A stretch of 64,000 bases of DNA, from the IMG/VR virus record IMGVR_UViG_3300042892_003674; one strand, given 5' to 3'. The DNA comes from a virus (taxonomy: Duplodnaviria > Heunggongvirae > Uroviricota > Caudoviricetes). Position numbers and translations under genes: made by a program. Shown here in pieces: positions 9,997 through 20,345 of this stretch (position 1 is its first letter; each line of letters opens with the position of its first letter). The notes beneath the pieces were generated by a model. It saw nothing but the letters and a program-made list of their open reading frames with translations, did no database searches and was not told the DNA's origin.

Positions 9997-11208
9997 TTAT
10001 ATTATTATTTTTTTTAGTTCTGTTATATCCACTAACCATGGTGAATTAAGTCCATTATCTAATGGTAGACAATCTTCTTTACTAACAACAATAGATTTAT
10101 ATTCACCGTCATTATTCCAACCGGCAACTGGTGTTCCAGTATATATTATAGTCAACATGTTCCCATCTATCTCTGATATTTCACCTATAATATCTTTATA
10201 CTTAACACGCATATTCGTTTTAAAGTCACCTATCTCATAATGAGATGTTTTGTCAAAGTATATAGTTTCAACATTTGAAAAACTATACTTAAATCTTTCA
10301 TTTACATCTAAGAACCCTGGTGAACATAGTGAAATAAGTTTAGTATTATTAGAAAATAATACATTACATAACCCACCACCTATAGCACCTATTACAAATT
10401 CGCAGTTTCTAAATAGATTTATCTTCTCAACGGTAGTATAGTTTTCAGTAAATACTTCTTCATAGCCATTCTCTTTAAGATAGTCAACTAATTCATCCTC
10501 ATTTACTAACTTTCTTCTGGTTGTATAATTGGTTCCTATATTAGATGTATCATCATTTAACCAAGTTCTTCGAGAAATGTATATTTTTTTAGGAAAGTCA
10601 CTTTTGATTTCTATATTATGTAATTTTTGATAGAATTCAAAAATCTCTTTTCTCGGTGGTTTATTTGAATCATATTCATGTGTATATGATGATGATATAA
10701 ATACTTTTTTATATTCTGTATTTTTATCAACGATAATTATATCATCATCCGATATATTTAGTAGTTCTAAAAACTCTTTAACAAATCTGTAGAAGTGTGA
10801 CTTACCATATGAAAAGTTCATAAGTAACTTTAAGTCTTTATTTTCTTTTTTAATTTCTTTAAATGATATTAAGTATGGTAATGTATCATATACAAAGTGA
10901 TAGTAGTTATCAACATTATATATGAAGAAGAATACTGGTGTATCAACAGTATTATTTATCTCTAAATTATCTAATTGATAAGTATCATCATTCTTCAGAT
11001 TTTTAAGAGACATTATATTTTCTCTTATTGGATTATAAATTTTATCATTACAATATAATAAAGTATTTGGGTAAAATAATGATTTACCCAAAATTTTTAC
11101 ATTATCAAGTTCAAATATAAATATCTCTCTATCATTTTCATCCTTTTTAAGAAAGGAATATTTAGAATCTATTAAATCTAGTCCTTCTATTTTATACTTC
11201 ATGTTCAC
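9997..11208 (-). CDS. glycosyltransferase family 61 (DUF563)
   Basis: NYYHFVYDTLP, IYISRR...RRKLVNE, IGAIGGGLCNVLF. Confidence 0.8.
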   Translation of the reverse strand: MNMKYKIEGLDLIDSKYSFLKKDENDREIFIFELDNVKILGKSLFYPNTLLYCNDKIYNPIRENIMSLKNLKNDDTYQLDNLEINNTVDTPVFFFIYNVDNYYHFVYDTLPYLISFKEIKKENKDLKLLMNFSYGKSHFYRFVKEFLELLNISDDDIIIVDKNTEYKKVFISSSYTHEYDSNKPPRKEIFEFYQKLHNIEIKSDFPKKIYISRRTWLNDDTSNIGTNYTTRRKLVNEDELVDYLKENGYEEVFTENYTTVEKINLFRNCEFVIGAIGGGLCNVLFSNNTKLISLCSPGFLDVNERFKYSFSNVETIYFDKTSHYEIGDFKTNMRVKYKDIIGEISEIDGNMLTIIYTGTPVAGWNNDGEYKSIVVSKEDCLPLDNGLNSPWLVDITELKKIII

Positions 11209-12016
11209 TCATTCCTCTTCTAAAGTGTCTATTTGTTCCTTTAAGAAAGTTTTCTACTATTTTTTTATATTCATCATGTGCAAAGTCAGATAGTGAATTG
11301 TGTTGTCCTACTTTATCAAGTGGTATAAGATGACCACCATGAGTAATATGTAAATATTGGTAGAACTCTAATAGAACAAAATAACCACATCCCATTCTAT
11401 TATTCTCTTCGGTATATAATTTATAAACTTTATACTCCTCTCTAAGTTTTTTTTGTAATTCAGAACTACTTTCAATAGTTCGATATGTTAGTTCTTTAAA
11501 TTGACCTATTATATCTAAGAAATTACTAAGATTCCATATAGAAGCATTCACATTATATTGATAATAACCTTTTTTATTAAGTGTTAAGAAAATATCATCG
11601 TCTTTTATTTCACCATTTATCTCACCAGTATTTATATTTATACGGTTATCTATCCAATTATTTTCCCAATCCATTTGTAAGTCAACTCTAGTAATATCAT
11701 GTTTATCCATAAGTGAAATAATCTTATTTAAAGTCGTATCATCTTTTTTCAAGACAATATCAATATCGTGAGTAAGTAATACATATTTAAACTTATCTCT
11801 TAATTTATCTAATTCACATAGTCTGTTCGCATATGGTAAATTATCATCATAGAATATTATATTTTCATATTTTGAGTAAATATCTTCGATTTCTAAATTA
11901 TTTTTATTAATCAATAATGATTTAGAGACTCCATTTAGGTATTCTGTTTGTATTTTACAAATATCTAAAAAATCTGTGTGTGTATAAACTACATAGTGTA
12001 TCATATTATATTCCAA
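11192..12016 (-). CDS. putative GT-A fold protein
   Basis: LLTHDID, YNVNASIW; operon context. Confidence 0.45.
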   Translation of the reverse strand: MEYNMIHYVVYTHTDFLDICKIQTEYLNGVSKSLLINKNNLEIEDIYSKYENIIFYDDNLPYANRLCELDKLRDKFKYVLLTHDIDIVLKKDDTTLNKIISLMDKHDITRVDLQMDWENNWIDNRININTGEINGEIKDDDIFLTLNKKGYYQYNVNASIWNLSNFLDIIGQFKELTYRTIESSSELQKKLREEYKVYKLYTEENNRMGCGYFVLLEFYQYLHITHGGHLIPLDKVGQHNSLSDFAHDEYKKIVENFLKGTNRHFRRGMSEHEV

Positions 12017-12762
12017 TTTTTTAATTTTACAGGATTTTCAAACATTTGTTTATATCCTCTCATAGCGTGTAAATTTATTTTCTTATCTGAAAATAAACCA
12101 TATTTTGAATCGATCTGATAGTATAAAGAACCCCAAATAGAATCTATTAGATGTACCTCTTTTGCATTTTGTATAATCTTTATAAAATCAAAGAAGTTAT
12201 TACTTATCTTATTTAAGTTTACATAGTTATGATCATCTAATTTATTTCCAAAGTCAATTTTTGTTGGAATATGTGTATAGTTACTATTAAACTGATCATC
12301 ATGATACAAAACATATTTATCTCCATATTTATTGATGAAATCATTATAAACTCTTTCTTCTAAATCTATATCACGGTTAAAAGAAAATAGATCAACTCGT
12401 GTGGTATATGGTATATTATAACAAGCATAGAATGATTCTATAAAAAAGTATTGTTCATTACCTCTAAAATATGAATATCTATAATTATCTCTCCGATAAA
12501 CATCATGTTCTCCGTGAAACAATATATCGTAGTTTGTATCAATATTAAGGTGATTTGTATTTAAGTGTCTACCATTATCAGTTGGTATATAAACTACTTC
12601 AACATTTTCTAAATCTTTTACATAAAAGTCTACAAAGTTTCTAGCATCATCTCTTATTATTACCTTTAAATGATCATAGAATTGTAAATACCAATTTATT
12701 AGTGGTAATTGACATACAATATCTGTCCATCCTTGGTGAAACCAAATTATTCCCTTTTTCAT
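12001..12762 (-). CDS. putative glycosyltransferase
   Basis: FHQGWTDI at N-term and EVHLIDS near C-term (GT-B-like); operon context. Confidence 0.5.
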   Translation of the reverse strand: MKKGIIWFHQGWTDIVCQLPLINWYLQFYDHLKVIIRDDARNFVDFYVKDLENVEVVYIPTDNGRHLNTNHLNIDTNYDILFHGEHDVYRRDNYRYSYFRGNEQYFFIESFYACYNIPYTTRVDLFSFNRDIDLEERVYNDFINKYGDKYVLYHDDQFNSNYTHIPTKIDFGNKLDDHNYVNLNKISNNFFDFIKIIQNAKEVHLIDSIWGSLYYQIDSKYGLFSDKKINLHAMRGYKQMFENPVKLKNWNII

Positions 12763-12775
12763 ATTTTTTATTATT

Positions 12776-13579
12776 TTATATCCAACCGTCTGATTGTGAT
12801 TTGTAAATACTATTTAAGTATTGGTGTACATTATTAGTATTGCCTCTGAATAATACTGCCCACATACCACAATTTCCAGAATGTGTTATCAATATATTAG
12901 ATTTTGATACAATTTTTGTTATTGCTAGAAAGTATGCTGCAAATATTTTTTTATCATCCGGTCTAACAGTATGATGTACTGCAATAGTAGGATTAGAGTT
13001 TATACTTGGTATCTCATCAAAAACTATTATTTTACTATTATCTATTTTATCTTTACAATAATTTAGAAAACCCTGGTCATCAGTTTGTATTATTATTTTC
13101 TTTTCTGGATTACTATTAGAACATTCAAGAGTTTTATTTAAAAATTCATCATATGAACCAATATTAGTTTCTTTAACTTTATCATTACCTCTATAAAATA
13201 CCGAAATTGTATTTTGATAGTCTATATTATACTTTTCTTCCATCTCTAGTACCATAGAGTTTACTTCATCAGATAAGCTAAAATACTTCTCAACAAATGG
13301 ATTTATTTCACTAATATTTAATAGTTTATAGTCTGAAAATTGTTCTTCGTCATCAGTCTTTGATAGTTTTATATCAAAGTTATATTCTATACTATTTTCT
13401 TTTTCTGTAAAGTAAAATTTAGATAGATCTTCCGGTTTTGATTTATAAAAGTCAAATTGTCTTGAGGAGTCAACAATAGTAGGTAGATTTTTATTATTAT
13501 TAAAAAAGTTTACTATTTCTATAAGTCTTATAGTACAACAGGAAAAAAAACCAGCATTATGCGTTATTGTTAGTGTCAT
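12776..13579 (-). CDS. putative fucosyltransferase (NodZ/O-FucT-like)
   Basis: HNAGFFSC, VFYRGNDK, IQTDD and SGNCGMW motifs. Confidence 0.6.
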   Translation of the reverse strand: MTLTITHNAGFFSCCTIRLIEIVNFFNNNKNLPTIVDSSRQFDFYKSKPEDLSKFYFTEKENSIEYNFDIKLSKTDDEEQFSDYKLLNISEINPFVEKYFSLSDEVNSMVLEMEEKYNIDYQNTISVFYRGNDKVKETNIGSYDEFLNKTLECSNSNPEKKIIIQTDDQGFLNYCKDKIDNSKIIVFDEIPSINSNPTIAVHHTVRPDDKKIFAAYFLAITKIVSKSNILITHSGNCGMWAVLFRGNTNNVHQYLNSIYKSQSDGWI

Positions 13580-14438
13580 TATTATTTATATATTTTAGTA
13601 GAATATTAAATGGGTTATTTATATTCAAATAGAAATCTTTTGCTTTGTCAAAGTTATAAACTTTGTCATCGTTTATTATTTCTTTGATTTTATCAATAGA
13701 ATCATTTTCAACATCTATATATTCAAAGCAGTTGCCATACCAATTTTCTACACTCGCTGACCCATAATAAATAGGTACTGTTTCACACAGAATTGAATCT
13801 ATAAATTTCTCAGTGATATAACCATCTTCAACAGAATTCTCCATACATATAGAAAATTGATAATCTTTTATTGCATCTAATTTGTTTTCAACATATCCTT
13901 TATATCTTCTATCAGTTATATTCCAACCTCTACCATACATATCAAAATCTAAATCACTATTTAGTAAATTTTGTACAAAGTTATATCTTTTATATCCACT
14001 TATATTGGATACTACTATTGATAATTTCTTAGTTTTATCATATTTAGTATTAGATATGGTATTTATGTTATTCTCAACATACTGAATCTCACCAATATTT
14101 ATTGGTTTAGGAAAAAGATGTGTAGTCATAACAGATGTATTAAACTGACATTTTTGATCGAAGTTTATATGAGAATATATCTTTGAAACATATGATCCTA
14201 AGTTTCTATCCCAGTTTTGACTCCAAGAAGGTTCCATTATAAATGCTATACGATTCTCAACAGGACATTGTATTTGATTTTTATATCTATTTAATATTAT
14301 TAAATAATCATATACATCATTATAAACGAGGTCTATACTTTTAGATACTTCATCATTATACCATATATCTCTAAATATATTAGAAATATTGTAGTCACTA
14401 TCCCAATCACAAACAACTTTTACTTTTATCTTATCCAT
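13557..14438 (-). CDS. alpha-1,3-fucosyltransferase, GT10
   Basis: YQFSICMENSVEDGYITEKFIDSILCETVPIYYG; start reset to MDKIKVK. Confidence 0.85.
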   Translation of the reverse strand: MDKIKVKVVCDWDSDYNISNIFRDIWYNDEVSKSIDLVYNDVYDYLIILNRYKNQIQCPVENRIAFIMEPSWSQNWDRNLGSYVSKIYSHINFDQKCQFNTSVMTTHLFPKPINIGEIQYVENNINTISNTKYDKTKKLSIVVSNISGYKRYNFVQNLLNSDLDFDMYGRGWNITDRRYKGYVENKLDAIKDYQFSICMENSVEDGYITEKFIDSILCETVPIYYGSASVENWYGNCFEYIDVENDSIDKIKEIINDDKVYNFDKAKDFYLNINNPFNILLKYINNNDTNNNA

Positions 14439-15072
14439 TCTGTATTGATGTCTCAAATTTTGGATTTTGTGAAATTAAGTCTGGTTCCATCCAGTAATTG
14501 TTTAAATTAAATTTATTTATTATATAATTGAAGTAAAAGTCTACAGGGTAGTTATTGTATTTAACATTCTCAAGTAACGTATCAACAACTTTTAAGTTTA
14601 ACATATATCCGTGAGTACATCTACTGCTATTTGTTTTAATAAGATTAGACGAGCCATTAGCATGTAAATCACAACAACTTCCTACCCATACTATATCATA
14701 ATCTTTATTTATATCCTTAGTATATTCATTAAATAGTGTAACAAAGTTATCCGATAGTAACGCATCATCTTCTAGTATAAGTGCATTCTGAATATTTTTA
14801 TTCTTCATATCTAACCAAATATCATAATGTTTAAGTAAGAGTGAAAGTTCACTTAATCTTAATTTTCTATAATGACCATCTAGTTGAAAATGTTTATCAA
14901 TATTTATAAAGTCTTTTTGTAAAATCTCAATATTTAGATCTTCTTTATCATTTGATAAAATCCAATCGGTATCTAGGTTATATTTAGATAGCTGCTCTTT
15001 TAAAGGAACAACTCTTTCAGTTAGTTTAGTATAGTGACAAACATATATTTTATCTATTAGATCTAATTTCAT
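14431..15072 (-). CDS. glycosyltransferase family 25
   Basis: SLLLKHY.IW, ALILEDDA, CTHGYML. Confidence 0.8.
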   Translation of the reverse strand: MKLDLIDKIYVCHYTKLTERVVPLKEQLSKYNLDTDWILSNDKEDLNIEILQKDFINIDKHFQLDGHYRKLRLSELSLLLKHYDIWLDMKNKNIQNALILEDDALLSDNFVTLFNEYTKDINKDYDIVWVGSCCDLHANGSSNLIKTNSSRCTHGYMLNLKVVDTLLENVKYNNYPVDFYFNYIINKFNLNNYWMEPDLISQNPKFETSIQNG

Positions 15073-15871
15073 TCTCCCAATATTTTTTATTTATTATATC
15101 AATGTTTTGATTTTTGTTTATGATTTCATCATACCTGTCAAGTAATTCTTTCTCATTTAAGTCATAATCTTTAACAATTAAAACCGGTAATTTTTCATAC
15201 ATATTTCTATTAAAATAACTATCTAAAACAATAGGTATACAACCCAGATAAAGTGCTTCCCAGTTTCTATGACAATCTATACCATTTCCCGGTGGTGATA
15301 TAACATATTTATGTGATTTTAGATCATCTATATAAGTTTTATAATCTCCACCGTTTCCAACCATCTTCTGTGTAATAAATGATTTATTATTTAATTGGTC
15401 AAATATAGTTTGTCTCTGTGGATTAGTACCTGGATTGAAGTTCATATAAACTAAATCTGATTTAGTATCATCACTTATTGATTGGTGAACTACCTCTTGT
15501 TTCTTTTGTTCTGGAAACCATCTAACTCTTTCTAGACCTATTGGTAAGCTTTTAATTCTATCAGTTTCAATATAGTTATAATTTTGACACCATATCTTCT
15601 CAACATTTTTAGGAAGATTGTTAAATAGATCAATGCCAAAAGTTGCATCTGAATTATGTGCAATAATTATTACACTATTAGAAAATTGGTTAAGAACTCT
15701 AAATAGATTGCCTAATCTATGTGTTTCAATAAATAAAATAGGATTATTATATTTTTGAAAAATAGATTTTAGTAAATCATAACTTGGTTCAATCATATTC
15801 TGTGAGTACATATCACCAAAAGTAAAATCAGCAAGTGATTCAAAGAAATCACCATCAATGAATTTATACAT
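15050..15871 (-). CDS. exostosin/GT47-like protein
   Basis: YVISPPGNGIDCHRNWEALYLGCIPIV. Confidence 0.75.
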   Translation of the reverse strand: MYKFIDGDFFESLADFTFGDMYSQNMIEPSYDLLKSIFQKYNNPILFIETHRLGNLFRVLNQFSNSVIIIAHNSDATFGIDLFNNLPKNVEKIWCQNYNYIETDRIKSLPIGLERVRWFPEQKKQEVVHQSISDDTKSDLVYMNFNPGTNPQRQTIFDQLNNKSFITQKMVGNGGDYKTYIDDLKSHKYVISPPGNGIDCHRNWEALYLGCIPIVLDSYFNRNMYEKLPVLIVKDYDLNEKELLDRYDEIINKNQNIDIINKKYWENEIRSNR

Positions 15872-16772
15872 TACCTAAGTAAAAGTTTTTTATATCGTCT
15901 GAACAAGATTCAATTACTTCCTTCATTTTTTTAAGTTCAGGTATATCTAAACTTAATAATTTACTAAGTTTATCACCTCTTAAATTTGTTGGTTCACCCG
16001 CCCACTTAGTTTCATCATTTAGTATTTCTAAAACACGACTATCTATTTGTTTAATATCAACATTTTTTCTATAGAAATCTTGATTGAGTGATTTACAATT
16101 TATTAAAGGATTTGGTACTTTATGATATTCAGTACTAATTGGAGAGTCTAAAAAGTTCTGACCTGTCCAAGGTTGATCTCTTACGAATAGATTTATTAGT
16201 GAGTTTTGATCTAATCCCCAACTCATTGATTTAAAATGATTATAGTAAGCATCAAATGTAATATCTTTTATAAAGTATATTTCAGATGGTCTATATCCAC
16301 AGAGACCTGCAAGTATTATAGTTGCACCACTACCATGATTTGTGTGTGTTCTTAATGTGTGTACTTTATATTTTTTATTTTGTAAAAAGTAGTATGTTGA
16401 CTTTATCTCATCTTCATTAGGTAATGAATCTATATCTCTACATAGAACAACATCTGATTCCTTATCAAATAAAGGTTTATATCTCCACATTGTTGGTTCA
16501 GTGTTGGTATAGTCATAAGGCATAAATACTAATTCAACATTACTCATATTTTCAGAGATTTTATCTAAAATCTCAAATAATGTATTTGATTTTATTTCCT
16601 CAGAAAGATGTATTTTTATTTTTGCATTTGGGTATATAATACTATTAACTGCCATTAGTGCAGGTATGTTATACCAGTATCTATCATATGCGTTATAAAT
16701 ATCCCAAAATCTCATCTCTTTATGTAATTGTTTTGGTGTAAAAAAACAATAACTTATTAGTAATTCTTCCAT
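15864..16772 (-). CDS. putative glycosyltransferase
   Basis: MWRYKPLF...VLCRDIDS, DQ..L motifs; operon context. Confidence 0.5.
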   Translation of the reverse strand: MEELLISYCFFTPKQLHKEMRFWDIYNAYDRYWYNIPALMAVNSIIYPNAKIKIHLSEEIKSNTLFEILDKISENMSNVELVFMPYDYTNTEPTMWRYKPLFDKESDVVLCRDIDSLPNEDEIKSTYYFLQNKKYKVHTLRTHTNHGSGATIILAGLCGYRPSEIYFIKDITFDAYYNHFKSMSWGLDQNSLINLFVRDQPWTGQNFLDSPISTEYHKVPNPLINCKSLNQDFYRKNVDIKQIDSRVLEILNDETKWAGEPTNLRGDKLSKLLSLDIPELKKMKEVIESCSDDIKNFYLGNV

Positions 16773-16787
16773 TTTATATTTTATTTT

Positions 16788-17621
16788 TTACCAGTAGCAA
16801 CCACCTTCAACCATTGTACTAGTTGTTGGTGTTTCTTCTGTAGTTGGTCTTGTCCAATATTCATTGTAGAACTTTGTAATGTCCTCACTACCTTCCCATC
16901 TTTTACCTCTTATACCAAAATATAATTGAAGTCCACCACCAATATAAACTGCAGATTTATTCAATTTATTTTTAATAAAATCACATAATGGTAGTCCGTA
17001 TGAACCACAACCTAATAGTGCTATATCAAAGTCAATATTTGATATATCTTTACACATTTTATCATATGATTCATACCAATCTTTATCAGGTCCTTGACCA
17101 CCAATTGATTGAATAGACTTATATGTAATATATTCTGCATCAGGTAGTATATTTTTATTTTCCCATATTTTATCTTTAACTAATAGTTGTTTATCTATCG
17201 TTTCTTTAAATGGATTTATAATAAGTATCTTTTTACCTTTTAAATGTTCAGTCCAAGGGTTATCAAATCTAAATGATTCTAAAGCACTTACATCAATAAG
17301 TGTTTTATCTTCAGGTACTAGAAAATCTTCCATTTCAATAAACCCCGTGTAATTCCAATATGCGTGTAAGTCACATGATTCACAAGCAGACTTATAATAC
17401 CTTGCATAAGTTATAAAGTTTTGTGTACCATAGAAACCAGCATTTATATAAAACCAGTTGTAAACGTGTTGTGGTATTTGTTGATTTGCTAATATTAAAG
17501 CAGATATGGCAGTTTCACCACCTAAACCTACTCTTGATATTAGAAAACTCTCTTTACTTTGTAAAAGTTTAGATATTGAATCATTACTTTCTTGTGCATT
17601 TAGTCTTTTTTCTACTCTCAT
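16788..17621 (-). CDS. putative glycan-modifying protein (GT-D-like)
   Basis: FDIALLGCGSYGLPL...IGGGLQL.FGI.GKRW. Confidence 0.5.
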   Translation of the reverse strand: MRVEKRLNAQESNDSISKLLQSKESFLISRVGLGGETAISALILANQQIPQHVYNWFYINAGFYGTQNFITYARYYKSACESCDLHAYWNYTGFIEMEDFLVPEDKTLIDVSALESFRFDNPWTEHLKGKKILIINPFKETIDKQLLVKDKIWENKNILPDAEYITYKSIQSIGGQGPDKDWYESYDKMCKDISNIDFDIALLGCGSYGLPLCDFIKNKLNKSAVYIGGGLQLYFGIRGKRWEGSEDITKFYNEYWTRPTTEETPTTSTMVEGGCYW

Positions 17622-18310
17622 TAGAAATGTGGTATTGTTTTCTTTTGGCTATCAATATTTATATTATTGGTTGGTTCAACCAGTAGATATGGACCAAATA
17701 CCATATCCGTATTATTATAAGTTCTGTGATTGGAAATATGTAAGTGTTTACTAACTATCTGCATACTTGGATTCTTAACATTATAGTTGTTCTCTAAGTA
17801 AATTTGTACAATTCTATTATCACAACCTGGTTTACCCATTAGAAACTTACTTCTTTCATCTAACTTTATAGGAGTTTTAAATATCCAAGAATCTTGTGAT
17901 AACATTCCAGTTGTTATTCCATTATTCCAAGGTTTATTATAAAAATCAACAAACCATTGATTATCTTTAAGTAATAGATCCCATCTTGTTAAAGCAACAA
18001 ATGTATTAGTAAGATCGGTATTATTTAGGTGCTTAATTGTTGAGTCAAAGAAAATATCTGTATTTGCAATAATACATATTTCTTCTGGTAAGTTACTATT
18101 ACACCATTCAAATAGAAAGTGAAATGTAGGTCTATTATCTATTTTAACAATTTCAATTTTATCTGATTTTATATCTAGTATAGAGTCATCTGATATAAAG
18201 ACATATATCTTTTCAATCAAATTATTTTTAATATTCTCATTTATACAAGATCTATATTCAACATCACGATTTTGATTTGTAGATTTAAAGTATTCAATAA
18301 TAAGTTTCAT
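17621..18310 (-). CDS. putative GT-A protein
   Basis: IANTDIFF, ALTRWD, SQDSWIF, GKPGCDNR. Confidence 0.5.
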   Translation of the reverse strand: MKLIIEYFKSTNQNRDVEYRSCINENIKNNLIEKIYVFISDDSILDIKSDKIEIVKIDNRPTFHFLFEWCNSNLPEEICIIANTDIFFDSTIKHLNNTDLTNTFVALTRWDLLLKDNQWFVDFYNKPWNNGITTGMLSQDSWIFKTPIKLDERSKFLMGKPGCDNRIVQIYLENNYNVKNPSMQIVSKHLHISNHRTYNNTDMVFGPYLLVEPTNNINIDSQKKTIPHF

Positions 18311-19356
18311 TAGGTAGTTTGTTGATTTTTTATATCATGTTTCATCATAATTTTAACTAAATCCTCAAACTTAACTTTTGGTTCCCAGCCTAATTTCTGT
18401 TTTGCCTTTGTGTAATCTCCTAATAGTATATCAACCTCTGCAGGTCTATAATATCTCTCATCTATCTCCACAATTACTTTATCTTCAAAGTATGCTTTCT
18501 CATCAACACCTTCACCAACCCATTTAAGTTGCATTCCACATTCTAAAGCAGCCAGGTTGACAAATTCTTTAATTGAGTGGGTTTCATTGGTTGCTAAAAC
18601 ATAATCATCAGGAGTGTCTTGTTGTGTCATTAGCCACATTCCATAAACAAAATCTTTAGCATATCCCCAATCTCTTTTAGAGTAAAGATTGCCTAACCTT
18701 AATGTAGGGAAATCAGTATGACCTTTATCTAGATAATTTTTAATAACACCTAATGCCATTGTTACTTTTCTAGTAACAAATGTTTCTCCTCTTCTTTCAC
18801 CTTCGTGATTGAAAAGAATTCCGTTACTAATATGCATCCCATAAGATTCTCTATAGTTCTTTGTTATCCAAAGACCATACATCTTCGCACAACCATAAGG
18901 GGAACGTGGATGCATAACTGATTCTTCGGTATATCCTGTTATTGGCATATTATATCCCATACCACCGTATAACTCAGAAGTAGATGCTTGATAAACTCTT
19001 GCATTAGGACAGTGGTTTTTTACAGCCTCTAAAATTACTAATGTACCTAATCCGTCAACTTGTGCAGTATAATAAGGTATTTCAAATGAAACTCTAACGT
19101 GTGACTGTGCACCTAAGTTATAAACTTCATCTGGTTGTATTTTTGTAACTAAGTCTGAAATAACTAATGGATCAGTTAAGTCACCATAGTGTAGTTTTAT
19201 TCTATCATAAATATGATCTATACGTGCGGTATTAAATGAAGAACATCTTCTAATAATACCGTGTACTTCATAACCTTTATCTAAAAGAAGTTCTGCTAGG
19301 TGTGATCCATCCATACCGGTTATTCCGGATATAAGTGCAACTTTTTTATTTAACAT
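18310..19356 (-). CDS. gmd: GDP-mannose 4,6-dehydratase
   Basis: [44 protein letters not shown]. Confidence 0.97.
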   Translation of the reverse strand: MLNKKVALISGITGMDGSHLAELLLDKGYEVHGIIRRCSSFNTARIDHIYDRIKLHYGDLTDPLVISDLVTKIQPDEVYNLGAQSHVRVSFEIPYYTAQVDGLGTLVILEAVKNHCPNARVYQASTSELYGGMGYNMPITGYTEESVMHPRSPYGCAKMYGLWITKNYRESYGMHISNGILFNHEGERRGETFVTRKVTMALGVIKNYLDKGHTDFPTLRLGNLYSKRDWGYAKDFVYGMWLMTQQDTPDDYVLATNETHSIKEFVNLAALECGMQLKWVGEGVDEKAYFEDKVIVEIDERYYRPAEVDILLGDYTKAKQKLGWEPKVKFEDLVKIMMKHDIKNQQTT

Positions 19357-20266
19357 ATTCCTTATAAGTTTTTTCTATTCCTTCTTTAAGAGAAGTTTTA
19401 TATTCCCAACCTAAGTTTGTTAGTTTAGAAACATCTAATAGTTTTCTTGGTGTTCCATTTGGCATTTGTGAGTTGAAAAGTATATTTCCTTTGAATCCAA
19501 TTACTTCTTTTATTAAGTAGGCTAAATCTTTAATTGTTATATCTTCACCAGTTCCGATGTTTACTATATCATTGTCGTTATAGTTATCCATAAGAAACAA
19601 ACATGCTTCTGCTAAATCATCAACAAAAAGAAATTCTCTCATTGGTGTTCCATCACCCCATATTTCTACGTGTGGGTTATCGTTTATTTTAGCTTCGTGA
19701 AACTTTCTAATCATTGCAGGAAGTACATGAGAATTTTTTAAATCATAGTTATCATTGTAACCGAATAGATTTGTTGGCATAACTGAAATAAAGTTAGTGC
19801 CATATTGTTCATTATAACTTTGACACATTTTAATACCCGCTATCTTGGCAATTGCATAAGCATCGTTAGTTGGTTCTAACGAACCAGTAAGCAAGTATTC
19901 TTCTTTAATTGGTTGTTGACATAACTTAGGATAAATACAGGATGAGCCTAAGAAAAGTAGTTTCTTAACATTAAATAGTTTAGAACAATTAATAATGTTA
20001 GATTGTATCATTATATTATCATAGATAAAGTCACCTTTAAAATCAGAATTGGCTTTTATACCACCAACTTTGGCAGCACATAAGAAGACATATTCTGGTC
20101 TTTCTAATAGAAAGAAATTTCTAACTTGTTCTTGATTTAAAAGGTTTAGGTTATCTTTATTTTCGGTAATTAAGTTAGTGAATCCTAACTGTTGTAGTTT
20201 TCTTAAAATAGCAGAACCGACCATACCTTTATGACCTGCTATATATATTCTTGAGTCCTTTTGCAT
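19346..20266 (-). CDS. fcl: GDP-L-fucose synthase
   Basis: [46 protein letters not shown]. Confidence 0.97.
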   Translation of the reverse strand: MQKDSRIYIAGHKGMVGSAILRKLQQLGFTNLITENKDNLNLLNQEQVRNFFLLERPEYVFLCAAKVGGIKANSDFKGDFIYDNIMIQSNIINCSKLFNVKKLLFLGSSCIYPKLCQQPIKEEYLLTGSLEPTNDAYAIAKIAGIKMCQSYNEQYGTNFISVMPTNLFGYNDNYDLKNSHVLPAMIRKFHEAKINDNPHVEIWGDGTPMREFLFVDDLAEACLFLMDNYNDNDIVNIGTGEDITIKDLAYLIKEVIGFKGNILFNSQMPNGTPRKLLDVSKLTNLGWEYKTSLKEGIEKTYKEYVK

Positions 20267-20314
20267 TATACAAAAATTATTTTCTTTTTATAGATTTTAT
20301 TTGGATTTTGTTTA

Positions 20315-20345
20315 AAAAAAAAGAAGAGTATTACTCTTCTTTTTT
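20315..20345. terminator. bidirectional terminator-like hairpin
   Basis: AAAAAAAAGAAGAG-TATTA-CTCTTCTTTTTTT. Confidence 0.7.

Noticed and set aside
4925-20266. Eukaryotic giant-virus (NCLDV) origin suggested by the glycan cluster
   Set aside because: Overlapping operonic genes, intrinsic terminators, bacterial tRNAs, gp32-like SSB and a bacterial ClpC indicate a phage.
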